Assembly: GCA_963704755.1 (NCBI GenBank)
Contig: OY969938.1
Span: forward strand, 930,001 to 962,000
Origin: an uncultured Chloroflexia bacterium
Lineage (GTDB): Bacteria > Chloroflexota > Anaerolineae > Anaerolineales > Anaerolineaceae
Reading direction: 5' to 3'
DNA length: 32,000 bases
Below, piece after piece: positions 23,845 through 32,000 of this stretch. Both the position numbers and the translations under genes were made by a program. The notes beneath the pieces are model-generated. The model had not been told where the DNA came from. It ran no database searches and was given only the letters and a program-made list of their open reading frames with translations. Within the stretch, counting starts at the first letter, position 1. Each line of letters starts with the position of its first letter.

Positions 23845-26800
23845 ATGCAGCGAAAATATACCAATCGCCGGTACCTGGATGCTTTGGAAGAACGTGTATT
23901 GATATTCGATGGGGCCATGGGCACCAGCCTTCAGCAAATGGAACTGACCGCCGAGCAGTTCGGCGGTGAGCGCACCAATGGGTGTAACGACTACCTGGTG
24001 ATCAGCTACCCGCAGGCGGTCGAACAGATTCATCGTTCCTTCCTGGAAGTCGGCGTGGACGTCATCGAGACCGACACCTTTCGTTCGAACCGGCTGACCC
24101 TGGCCGAATACGGTCTGCAAGAGCGGGTGCTCGAGATCAATACCGTCGCGGCCCAACTGGCCCGCCGGCTGGCCGACGAGTACAGTCGGGAGGACCATCC
24201 ACGTTTCGTGGCCGGCTCGATCGGCCCGTCCGGCAAGCTGCCCTCCATGGACGACCCCGAGCTTTCCAACGTCAGCTTTGCCGAACTGGCCGATATCTTC
24301 CGTGAACAGGCCCTCGGCCTGCTGCGCGGCGGCGTGGACCTGATCCTGATCGAGACCTCCCAGGATATTCTGGAAGTCAAGGCCGCCATCCTGGGCATCC
24401 AGACCGCCTTTGCCGAAACCGGCATCTACCTGCCCCTCCAGGCCCAGGTAACCCTGGATACCAGCGGCCGCATGCTGTTGGGCACCGACATCAGCGCGGT
24501 CGAGGCCATTCTGGAAGGGCTGCCCATCGACGTGATCGGGCTGAACTGCTCCACCGGCCCGGAACACATGCGCGACCCCATCCGCTACCTGGGCGAACAG
24601 ACCAACCTGCCCGTTTCCTGCATTCCCAACGCCGGCCTGCCCTTGAACGTGGATGGCAAGGCCGTCTATCCGCTCGAGCCCGAACCGTTTGCCGAAGCCA
24701 TGGCCGAGTTCGTCGAAAAGAACCACATCAGTGTGGTTGGCGGCTGCTGCGGCACCACCCCGGCCCACCTCAAGCTGCTGGTCGAGAAGATCGGCGGCCA
24801 TCGCCGCCCCGCCCGGCCAATTTTGGATATTCCCCGCCTGGCCTCCGCCATGCAGGCCCAACCCATGCTGCAAGAGCCGCGTCCCTTCCTGATCGGCGAA
24901 CGGCTCAACACTCAGGGATCGCGCAAATTCAAACGCCTGATCCTGGACGAGCAGTTCGACGACGTGCTCGAGATTGCCCGCGACCAGGTCGATTCAGGCG
25001 CTCACGGCCTGGATGTGTGCGTGGCTCTAACCGAACGGGCCAACGAAGCCGAGACCATCCGCAAAGTGATCAAAAAGCTGGCTCCGTTGATCAACGTGCC
25101 GCTGGTAATCGATACCACCGAATTGGAAGTGCTGGAAACCGCCCTGCAAACTGCCCCTGGGCGCTGCCTGATCAATTCGACCCACCTGGAAAGCGGGCGT
25201 GAAAAAGCCGACCGGGTCTTCAGCCTGGCCAAGAAGTATAACGCGGCCGTCATCGTCCTGACCATCGATGAACAGGGCATGGCCAAAACGGTCGAGCGCA
25301 AACTGGAAGTGGCCAAACGGATCTACGATATCGCCGTGAACGACAACGGCTTGAAACCCGAAGACCTGGTCTTCGATGCCCTGACGTTTACCCTGGCCAC
25401 CGGCGACGCCGAGTTCAGTAATTCGGCCCTGGATACCATTCAAGGCATCCGCACGATCAAAGCTGAACTGCCGGGCGTGCTGACCTCGCTGGGCGTCAGC
25501 AACGTATCTTTTGGCTTGCAGCCGCGCGCCAGGGCCATCCTCAACAGCGTTATGCTTTACCACTGTGTGCAGGCCGGCCTGGATATGGCCATCGTCAACC
25601 CGGCCCAGATCAAACCCTACGCCGAAATTCCGGCCGAAGAACGCCGTTTGGCCGAGGATCTGATCCTCAACCGTGCACCGGATGCGCTGCAAAAATTGAT
25701 CGAAGCCGTCAGCCAGGCTGACCCGGACGAGGACACCCAAAAAGGCGGCGTCCAGGCCATTCTGGCAACCCTCAACGCCGAAGAGCGCCTGCACTGGCGC
25801 ATCCTGCACCGCCTCAAGGACGGCGTCGAGGACGACATCGAAGAGATCCTTCACCGCGACGGTGTGACCTCGCTCAACGAAACTGCTGTAATCGTACTGA
25901 ATACCGTTCTATTGCCGGCCATGAAAGAAGTGGGCGACAAGTTCGGTTCCGGCGAGTTGATCCTGCCGTTCGTGCTCCAGTCGGCCGAAGTGATGAAAAA
26001 GGCCGTCAGCCACCTGGAAAACTACCTGGAAAAACAGGAAGGCGTCAGCAAAGGGCTGCTGGTGCTGGCCACCGTATATGGCGACGTGCATGACATCGGC
26101 AAGAACCTGGTTAAGACCATCCTCTCTAACAACGGCTACGACGTCATCGACCTGGGCAAACAGGTGCCGGCCGAGACGATTATCTCCAAGGCGGTCGAAG
26201 TCAACGCCAGCGCCATCGGCCTGAGCGCGCTGCTGGTCAGCACCAGCAAGCAAATGCCGCTGATCGTCAACGAGCTGCACCGGCGCGGGTTGAGCTACCC
26301 GGTGTTGATCGGCGGAGCGGCCATCAATCCGCGCTTCGGCCGCCGGATTCTGCGCACCGAAGACGGCCAGGTTTACGAGCCCGGCGTGTTTTACTGCAAA
26401 GATGCCTTCGAAGGTCTCTACACCATGGATTCGCTCAGCGACCCGCAAAAAAAAGCGGATTTGGTGGCACGTATCCAGCGCGAATCCGACATGGAATTGG
26501 GCCGGGAAACCAAACCGGCTGCCTCGCTGAATGGCACCCAGCGATCGAATGTACAACCCGCAAAATTCATCCCGCGGCCGCCCTCCTGGGGCCCGCGGGT
26601 AGTCCATTCGATGCCCTTGCAGGAGGTCTTCACCTGCCTGGCCAAAAACGAGCTTTTCCGCCTGTCCTGGGGCGCCAAGAATACTCACGGCGAAGCCTGG
26701 GAAGAGCTGCAAGCCGAATATGAAAAACGGCTGGATCGCATGTGCCGCGAAGCGTTAGCCTCAGGCTGGCTGAACCCGCGCGGCGTGTACGGCTACTGGC

Positions 26801-27360
26801 CGGTCCAGGCGGATGGCAACGATTTGGTGGTTTTCGAGCCGGCGTCGGTCCAGGCCGGTTCGCCGGTGGAGATGGAGCGCTTCAACTTCCTGCGCCAATC
26901 CGGCGGCGATAATCTCTGCCTGGCCGATTATTTCCTGCCCCTGGGCTCAGAAACCCTGGACGTGGTCGCATTCCAGATCGTTACCGTCGGTGAACAGGCT
27001 TCACAACACTTCGAGAATTTGCAAGACAGCGCCAATTACTCCGAGGCCTATTTTGGCCACGGGCTGGCCGTACAAACGGCTGAAGCCGCCGCCGAATACC
27101 TGCATCGCCACATCCGCCGCGAACTGGGGCTGCCGGCCGAGCAGGGCAAGCGCTATTCCTGGGGCTACCCCTCCATCCCGGACCTGTCCGACCACCAGAA
27201 AGTTTTCCGCCTGTTGCCGGCTGAATCCGAGCTGGGGATGCACCTGACCGAAGCCTACCAGCTCGTACCGGAACAGTCCACAGCTGCCATCATCCTTCAC
27301 CATCCGCAGGCGCGTTATTTCAACCTGGGTGAAAGCCGGGTTGAGCAGTTATCCCGTTAA
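23845..27360 (+). CDS. metH: Cobalamin-dependent methionine synthase
   Basis: 1171 aa. The Hcy-binding domain has VVGGCCGTTPAH. A pterin-binding domain follows. The B12-binding motif is GDVHDIGKN with ...SALLVST..., and there is a C-terminal AdoMet activation domain (RYSWGYPSIPD). Confidence 0.95.
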   Translation: MQRKYTNRRYLDALEERVLIFDGAMGTSLQQMELTAEQFGGERTNGCNDYLVISYPQAVEQIHRSFLEVGVDVIETDTFRSNRLTLAEYGLQERVLEINTVAAQLARRLADEYSREDHPRFVAGSIGPSGKLPSMDDPELSNVSFAELADIFREQALGLLRGGVDLILIETSQDILEVKAAILGIQTAFAETGIYLPLQAQVTLDTSGRMLLGTDISAVEAILEGLPIDVIGLNCSTGPEHMRDPIRYLGEQTNLPVSCIPNAGLPLNVDGKAVYPLEPEPFAEAMAEFVEKNHISVVGGCCGTTPAHLKLLVEKIGGHRRPARPILDIPRLASAMQAQPMLQEPRPFLIGERLNTQGSRKFKRLILDEQFDDVLEIARDQVDSGAHGLDVCVALTERANEAETIRKVIKKLAPLINVPLVIDTTELEVLETALQTAPGRCLINSTHLESGREKADRVFSLAKKYNAAVIVLTIDEQGMAKTVERKLEVAKRIYDIAVNDNGLKPEDLVFDALTFTLATGDAEFSNSALDTIQGIRTIKAELPGVLTSLGVSNVSFGLQPRARAILNSVMLYHCVQAGLDMAIVNPAQIKPYAEIPAEERRLAEDLILNRAPDALQKLIEAVSQADPDEDTQKGGVQAILATLNAEERLHWRILHRLKDGVEDDIEEILHRDGVTSLNETAVIVLNTVLLPAMKEVGDKFGSGELILPFVLQSAEVMKKAVSHLENYLEKQEGVSKGLLVLATVYGDVHDIGKNLVKTILSNNGYDVIDLGKQVPAETIISKAVEVNASAIGLSALLVSTSKQMPLIVNELHRRGLSYPVLIGGAAINPRFGRRILRTEDGQVYEPGVFYCKDAFEGLYTMDSLSDPQKKADLVARIQRESDMELGRETKPAASLNGTQRSNVQPAKFIPRPPSWGPRVVHSMPLQEVFTCLAKNELFRLSWGAKNTHGEAWEELQAEYEKRLDRMCREALASGWLNPRGVYGYWPVQADGNDLVVFEPASVQAGSPVEMERFNFLRQSGGDNLCLADYFLPLGSETLDVVAFQIVTVGEQASQHFENLQDSANYSEAYFGHGLAVQTAEAAAEYLHRHIRRELGLPAEQGKRYSWGYPSIPDLSDHQKVFRLLPAESELGMHLTEAYQLVPEQSTAAIILHHPQARYFNLGESRVEQLSR

Positions 27361-27366
27361 TGGATT

Positions 27367-29268
27367 ATGAACACCTACCAGAAATTCCGCGAATATCTCG
27401 CCGAACAGCACCCGGTCCTTTCGGACGGTGCCATGGGGACGCTGCTAAACCAGCACGGGGTCCAGTTCGAGCAGTGTTTCGATGAGCTCAACCTGACCAA
27501 CCCGGCCATGGTCGCCGGCATCCACAAGGAATACATCGACGCCGGCGCCATCATGATCCAGACCAACACCTTTGGCGCCAATCCCTACAAACTGGCCCAC
27601 CACGGGCTGGAAGACCGGCTGGTCGATATTAATGCGGCCGCCGTCGAGCTGGCCCACCGGGTGGTGCTGGCTTCTTTTCAGGACGTAATGATCGCCGGGG
27701 ATATCGGCCCGCTTGGCGTGCGCCTGGCGCCTTTTGGACGGGTCCAGCCTGAACAGGCGCGCCAGGCTTTTGCCCGCCAGATCGAAGCCCTGGTGGATGC
27801 CGGCGTGGACTTGCTCATCGTCGAAACGATGACCGATGTTTATGAGGTCCGCGAAGCTATTTTGGCCGCCCGCCAGGTGGACCCCAACATCCCCATTATC
27901 GCCTCGATGACCTTCACCCGCGATGACCGTACTTTGCTGGGTGACGACCCGGCCCGGGTCGCCCGGCGAATCCATGAAGCCGGCGCGGATGTGATCGGGG
28001 TCAACTGTTCGGGCGGGCCTAACCAGATCCTGCGGATCCTCAAACACATGCAAAGCGCCTTGCCCCAAGGCAAATTCTCGGTCATGCCGAATGCCGGCTG
28101 GCCGGAGCAGGCCGATGGGCGCATCAAGTACCCGGCTTCACCGGATTATTTCTCCGATTACACCCAGGCCTTCCTGCAAACCGGAGCCTGCGTAATCGGC
28201 GGCTGCTGTGGGACTACTCCCGGCCACATCGAGGTGATGCGCAAAGCTATGGATACCTTCGAACCGGCCGATTTGGCTAAGGGATTTAGCATCAGCGTGG
28301 TGGAAAAAGAAGAGGCTGAAGAGGAGACCACTGCCCCGACCCGTTTTGCGCAAAAACTGGCTGCCGGTCGTTTTGCCGTGGCGGTCGAGATGGACCCGCC
28401 GCGCGGGCTGACTACCCAAAAGGTGCTGGCCGGCTCCAGCCTGCTGGCCGACGCTGGCGCGGATGTGATCAACGTGGCCGACAGCCCCATGGCGCGTATG
28501 CGCATGAGCCCCTGGGCGGTTTGCCGCCTGATCCAGGATAAAGTTGGCATCGAGACCGTGCTGCACTTCCCCACCCGCGGGCGAAACCTGCTGCGGGTGC
28601 AGGGCGATTTGCTGGCCGCCCATGCCTTAGGCGTGCACAACGTATTCGTCGTCATGGGCGACCCTACCTCTATCGGCGACTACCCCGAGGCCATGGACAA
28701 TTTCGACCTGGTCCCCTCCGGGCTGATCAAACTGATTAAACAGGGTTTCAACGCCGGCGTCGATCACGCCGGGGTCAACATCGGCCAGCCGACCAATTTT
28801 TTCGTCGGCTGCGCGCTCAATTTGAACCCGGCCAACCCGGAAGCCGAGATCAAGAACCTGCGCCGCAAGCTGGCCGCAGGCGCCGACTTCTTGCTTACCC
28901 AGCCCATTTACGACCCCGAGCCTGCCCATAAGTTTTATAGCCGCATCCAGGCGGAGATCCCCGATTTTCACCAACCGCTGCTGGTCGGCTTGCTGCCGCT
29001 GGTCTCGGACCGGCACGCCGCTTTCCTGCAGCATGAGGTCCCCGGTATCGACATTCCCGACGCCATTCACCGCCAGATGCGCACGGCCGGCGAGCATGGT
29101 TTGCAACAGGGGATCGAAATTGCGATAGAATTAATCGAGCAAATCAAATCCTTTGCCCAGGGCATTTACCTGATGCCTGCATTCAACCGGTTCGATAACG
29201 CCGCCGAAATCATCGAAGCCATTTGCGAGGGAGAGAAAGAGCCGAAACCGGATGCTGTTAACGATTGA
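27367..29268 (+). CDS. Bifunctional homocysteine S-methyltransferase / 5,10-methylenetetrahydrofolate reductase (YitJ-like)
   Basis: The N-terminal Hcy-methyltransferase domain has VLSDGAMGT and VIGGCCGTTPGHI. The C-terminal MTHFR-like domain has AVEMDPPRG, HFPTRGRN and FLLTQPIYD. 633 aa. Confidence 0.9.
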   Translation: MNTYQKFREYLAEQHPVLSDGAMGTLLNQHGVQFEQCFDELNLTNPAMVAGIHKEYIDAGAIMIQTNTFGANPYKLAHHGLEDRLVDINAAAVELAHRVVLASFQDVMIAGDIGPLGVRLAPFGRVQPEQARQAFARQIEALVDAGVDLLIVETMTDVYEVREAILAARQVDPNIPIIASMTFTRDDRTLLGDDPARVARRIHEAGADVIGVNCSGGPNQILRILKHMQSALPQGKFSVMPNAGWPEQADGRIKYPASPDYFSDYTQAFLQTGACVIGGCCGTTPGHIEVMRKAMDTFEPADLAKGFSISVVEKEEAEEETTAPTRFAQKLAAGRFAVAVEMDPPRGLTTQKVLAGSSLLADAGADVINVADSPMARMRMSPWAVCRLIQDKVGIETVLHFPTRGRNLLRVQGDLLAAHALGVHNVFVVMGDPTSIGDYPEAMDNFDLVPSGLIKLIKQGFNAGVDHAGVNIGQPTNFFVGCALNLNPANPEAEIKNLRRKLAAGADFLLTQPIYDPEPAHKFYSRIQAEIPDFHQPLLVGLLPLVSDRHAAFLQHEVPGIDIPDAIHRQMRTAGEHGLQQGIEIAIELIEQIKSFAQGIYLMPAFNRFDNAAEIIEAICEGEKEPKPDAVND

Positions 29269-30028
29269 CATTGGCAATACCAACCTCACCCTGGGGTTGT
29301 ACAACAACGGTGAGCTGGACGGTCGCTGGCGCCTGGCCACCGATCACGAGCGCATGCCGGACGAATACGGCCTGCAAATACTGGCCTTGCTCCAGCACGC
29401 CCAGGTTTCGCCGGACCAGTTGGAAGGCGTTTGCCTGGCCTCGGTCGTCCCACCCCTGACCACCCGGCTTTTGCGAGCCTGCCAGTGGTACCTGAAAAAG
29501 CCTGTCCTGGTTATCGATGACCAGGTGGAGACCGGCGTCAAGATCCTCTATGAAGATTCCAAGGCTATCGGCGCCGACCGCATCGCCGACGCGGTGGCGG
29601 TCAAACATTTGTATGGCTGGCCGGCCTGCGTGGTCGATTTTGGCACCGCTACTACCTTCGATGGCATTAATGCCCAGGGCGAATACCTGGGTGGAGCCAT
29701 CGCGCCCGGTATCGGCATCGCCGCCGACGCCCTCTACGAACACGCCGCCAAGCTGCCGCGGGTGGATTTGCAGCGACCGCCGAATGTGATCGGCCGCAAC
29801 ACTACCCATGCCATCCAATCCGGTTTGTTGTTCGGCTACGTGTCCATGGTCGAGGGCATGGTTGCCCGCTTTAAAAAAGAACTGGGAGACAATACCAAAG
29901 TAATCGCCACCGGCGGGCTGGCCGAGGTGGTCGCAGCCCAGACAGACGTCCTGGAGATCGTGGCACCCTGGCTGACATTAGAGGGCTTGCGTATTCTATG
30001 GGAGATGAATCGAACACAACATGGCTAA
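29252..30028 (+). CDS. coaX: Type III pantothenate kinase
   Basis: MLLTIDIGNTNLTLGLY, VVDFGTATTFD and ATGGLA; 258 aa. It overlaps the upstream gene by 17 nt. Confidence 0.95.
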   Translation: MLLTIDIGNTNLTLGLYNNGELDGRWRLATDHERMPDEYGLQILALLQHAQVSPDQLEGVCLASVVPPLTTRLLRACQWYLKKPVLVIDDQVETGVKILYEDSKAIGADRIADAVAVKHLYGWPACVVDFGTATTFDGINAQGEYLGGAIAPGIGIAADALYEHAAKLPRVDLQRPPNVIGRNTTHAIQSGLLFGYVSMVEGMVARFKKELGDNTKVIATGGLAEVVAAQTDVLEIVAPWLTLEGLRILWEMNRTQHG

Positions 30029-31232
30029 CCCGGTTGAGGGAAAACGTATTCTTTTGGGGGTCACCGGCTCGATCGCGGCCTATAAGGCTGTTGAAATTGC
30101 TTCCCATCTGGCTCAATGGGGTGCTCAGGTGGACACGGTCCTGACCGAAAGCGCCCAGAAATTTGTCACCCCACTTACTTTCCAATCCGTCACCGGCCGA
30201 AAAGCCTATACCGACGCTGATTTGTGGGGCGGCGAAGGCCACGTGACTCATGTCGGTCTGGGCCGCTCGGCCGACTTGCTCGTCATCGCCCCGGCTTCGG
30301 CCAACACGCTGGCCAAACTGGCCCATGGCCTGGGGGATAACCTGCTTGCGCTGACCGCACTGGCCTGCCACTGCCCTATCCTGGCCGCACCGGCTATGGA
30401 CGCGGGCATGTTCGAACACCCGGCCACGCAGACTAACGTGGAGATTTTGGCCAAACGCGGGGTCGATATCATCGGCCCGGCCGAGGGCCATCTGGCCTCC
30501 GGGTTGACCGGCCGCGGCCGGATGGTCGAACCGCTGAGCGTCGTCGCACGAGTGCGCTACTTGCTCTCGCGCAGCGGTCCGCTGGCCGGCAAAAAAGTCG
30601 TCATTTCCGCCGGTGGCACCCAGGAGGCCATCGATCCGGTCCGGATGATTACCAACCGATCTTCCGGAAAACAAGGTTTCGCCCTTGCCCAGGCAGCCCT
30701 GGACGCAGGCGCGGACGTCACCCTGGTCACCACCACGCTGGCACCTGGGGCTCCAGACGCAGCGGAAGTCATTCAGGTGAAATCGGCCGCCGAAATGCTT
30801 TCCGCCATCCTGGAATCGGTCCCCGGCGCCGACCTGCTGGTCATGGCCGCGGCCGTCGCCGATTTCCGCCCGGTGCATACGGCCACGGACAAAATCAAAA
30901 AACGCGACGGCATCCACGCGATCGAGCTCGAGCCGACCACCGACATCCTCAAGGCGGTCGCCGCGCAAAGAAACAGCAGCGGGTTCCCGCGTTTCACCAT
31001 CGGCTTTGCCGCCGAAAGTAAGGATTTGCTGGATAATGCCAGGGTCAAACTAACCGAAAAACGCCTGGATTTGATTGTCGCCAATGATATATCCGGCCCC
31101 GAAGCCGGCTTCGAGGTCGATAACAACCGGGTCGCGTTGATTTTCCCGGATGGTACCATCGAGCGTCTGGATTTGATGGCCAAGGACGCCGTTGCTGAAA
31201 TCATCCTGCAACGCGCAGCGACATGGTTCTAG
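30021..31232 (+). CDS. coaBC: Bifunctional phosphopantothenoylcysteine decarboxylase / phosphopantothenate-cysteine ligase
   Basis: KRILLGVTGSIAAYKAVE (flavoprotein CoaC part) and ITNRSSGKQG, AAAVADFRP (CoaB part); 403 aa. It overlaps coaX by 8 nt. Confidence 0.95.
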   Translation: MANPVEGKRILLGVTGSIAAYKAVEIASHLAQWGAQVDTVLTESAQKFVTPLTFQSVTGRKAYTDADLWGGEGHVTHVGLGRSADLLVIAPASANTLAKLAHGLGDNLLALTALACHCPILAAPAMDAGMFEHPATQTNVEILAKRGVDIIGPAEGHLASGLTGRGRMVEPLSVVARVRYLLSRSGPLAGKKVVISAGGTQEAIDPVRMITNRSSGKQGFALAQAALDAGADVTLVTTTLAPGAPDAAEVIQVKSAAEMLSAILESVPGADLLVMAAAVADFRPVHTATDKIKKRDGIHAIELEPTTDILKAVAAQRNSSGFPRFTIGFAAESKDLLDNARVKLTEKRLDLIVANDISGPEAGFEVDNNRVALIFPDGTIERLDLMAKDAVAEIILQRAATWF

Positions 31233-31391
31233 AGATTATCCTAAATGTGGGGTGTGCCGGCCGGCTCACTCCAATTGGGGGTCCATCCCAATTCGCATCG
31301 CTTTGACACTCCATTTATAATAATGGTATGGGATTTATAGTTGCTCAAGTCCCTCGATAAAAGTCTTGAGCAGCAACTGGGATTTTTGACT

Positions 31392-32000
31392 ATGACAATT
31401 TTGATCATTTCCGATATCCATGCGAATAAAGAAGCGCTGGACGCCGTTTTAGCCGATGCCGGTGATTACGATGAGGTATGGTGCCTGGGCGACCTGGTCG
31501 ATTATGGCCCCAACCCGAACGAATGTATCGAGACGATCCAGGATTTGCCAAACCTGACCTGCCTGATGGGCAACCATGACGCCGCGGTTCTGGGTAAGCT
31601 GGACCTATCCACTTTCAACCGCGAAGCCTTTACCTCGGTTGCCTGGACCAAAGAGCAAATCACCCCCGGTAATCTGGCCTTCCTGGATAAGCTGCACGAA
31701 CGGGTCAATTTCGGGCAGGTGACGCTCAGTCATGGCAGCCCGCGGAACCCCATCTGGGAATATTTATTGGATATCAACACCGTATTGGCCAATTTCGCCT
31801 TCTTTACCACCCCGTATTGTTTCGTCGGCCACACCCATATTCCGATCCATTACATCTACAACGGCAACGGCCACGTCGATTGGGCCGTACCTTCGCCCCG
31901 CAAAAGTTTTGTCATCAACAGCCATTCCATCCTCAACCCAGGCTCGGTCGGCCAACCGCGTGACCGCGATCCACGCGCGGCGTATGCCCTTTATTACCCG
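31392..32000 (+). CDS. Calcineurin-like metallophosphoesterase (YfcE/MJ0936-type), 5' part; continues past the window end
   Basis: ATG 31392 opens MTILIISDIHANKEALDAV...VWCLGDLVDYGPNP...MGNHD...SHGSP...FVGHTHIP...NPGSVGQPRD. This ORF is not in the supplied track because no stop falls inside the window. Confidence 0.8.
   Translation, partial: MTILIISDIHANKEALDAVLADAGDYDEVWCLGDLVDYGPNPNECIETIQDLPNLTCLMGNHDAAVLGKLDLSTFNREAFTSVAWTKEQITPGNLAFLDKLHERVNFGQVTLSHGSPRNPIWEYLLDINTVLANFAFFTTPYCFVGHTHIPIHYIYNGNGHVDWAVPSPRKSFVINSHSILNPGSVGQPRDRDPRAAYALYYP

Noticed and set aside
23830-26712. Long minus-strand ORFs antisense to metH (23830-24873, 25027-25854, 25909-26712)
   Set aside because: They lie entirely inside a gene with unmistakable MetH motifs on the plus strand. 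Their products are Gly/Ala/Arg/Gln-rich with no motifs, as is typical for open antisense frames in GC-rich coding DNA.
29871-30968. 365-aa minus-strand ORF antisense to coaBC
   Set aside because: It overlaps a clear CoaBC coding frame. Its composition is Arg/Gly/Asp-rich and low in complexity, and it has no start context.

Overview
This looks like a chromosomal, housekeeping-type bacterial segment. It is moderately GC-rich by eye, with two AT-rich divergent intergenic regions (4106-4830 and 8425-9071). Lipobox lipoproteins with Thr/Pro linkers and an NBR1-type Ig domain hint at a Chloroflexota/Anaerolineae-like organism, but I cannot verify that.

I can support about 27 protein genes:
- Two MFS transporters, each broken by an apparent 1-nt frameshift.
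- Envelope and secreted proteins: an NBR1-like lipoprotein, a polytopic membrane protein, an HtrA-like S1C/PDZ protease, a small lipoprotein and a polysaccharide deacetylase.
- An ankyrin-repeat protein, a REC-REC-GGDEF regulator and a HIT protein.
- Three tandem LysM + M23-like peptidase paralogs.
- OsmC, a two-CxxC thioredoxin-fold protein, and an ECF sigma factor with an RsrA-like zinc anti-sigma.
- tsaD, an M24 aminopeptidase, a small membrane protein and an APH-like kinase.
- A SAM-I riboswitch-controlled metH / yitJ-like (Hcy-MT+MTHFR) / coaX / coaBC string.
- A partial metallophosphoesterase at the right edge.

I saw no tRNA, rRNA, CRISPR array, transposase, integrase or recognisable defence genes.

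The most unusual content is non-coding:
- An exact 203-nt-period, three-copy, hairpin-dense tandem array at 22981-23596, just upstream of the metH promoter.
- Six long perfect palindromes with 18-35 bp stems and 3-nt loops, all with GC-NNN-GC apexes. They fall into sequence families whose copy-to-copy differences are mirrored in both arms.

These two are my best candidates for something undescribed. I found no convincing novel protein-based system. All calls come from reading the sequence and motif memory; no database search was possible.
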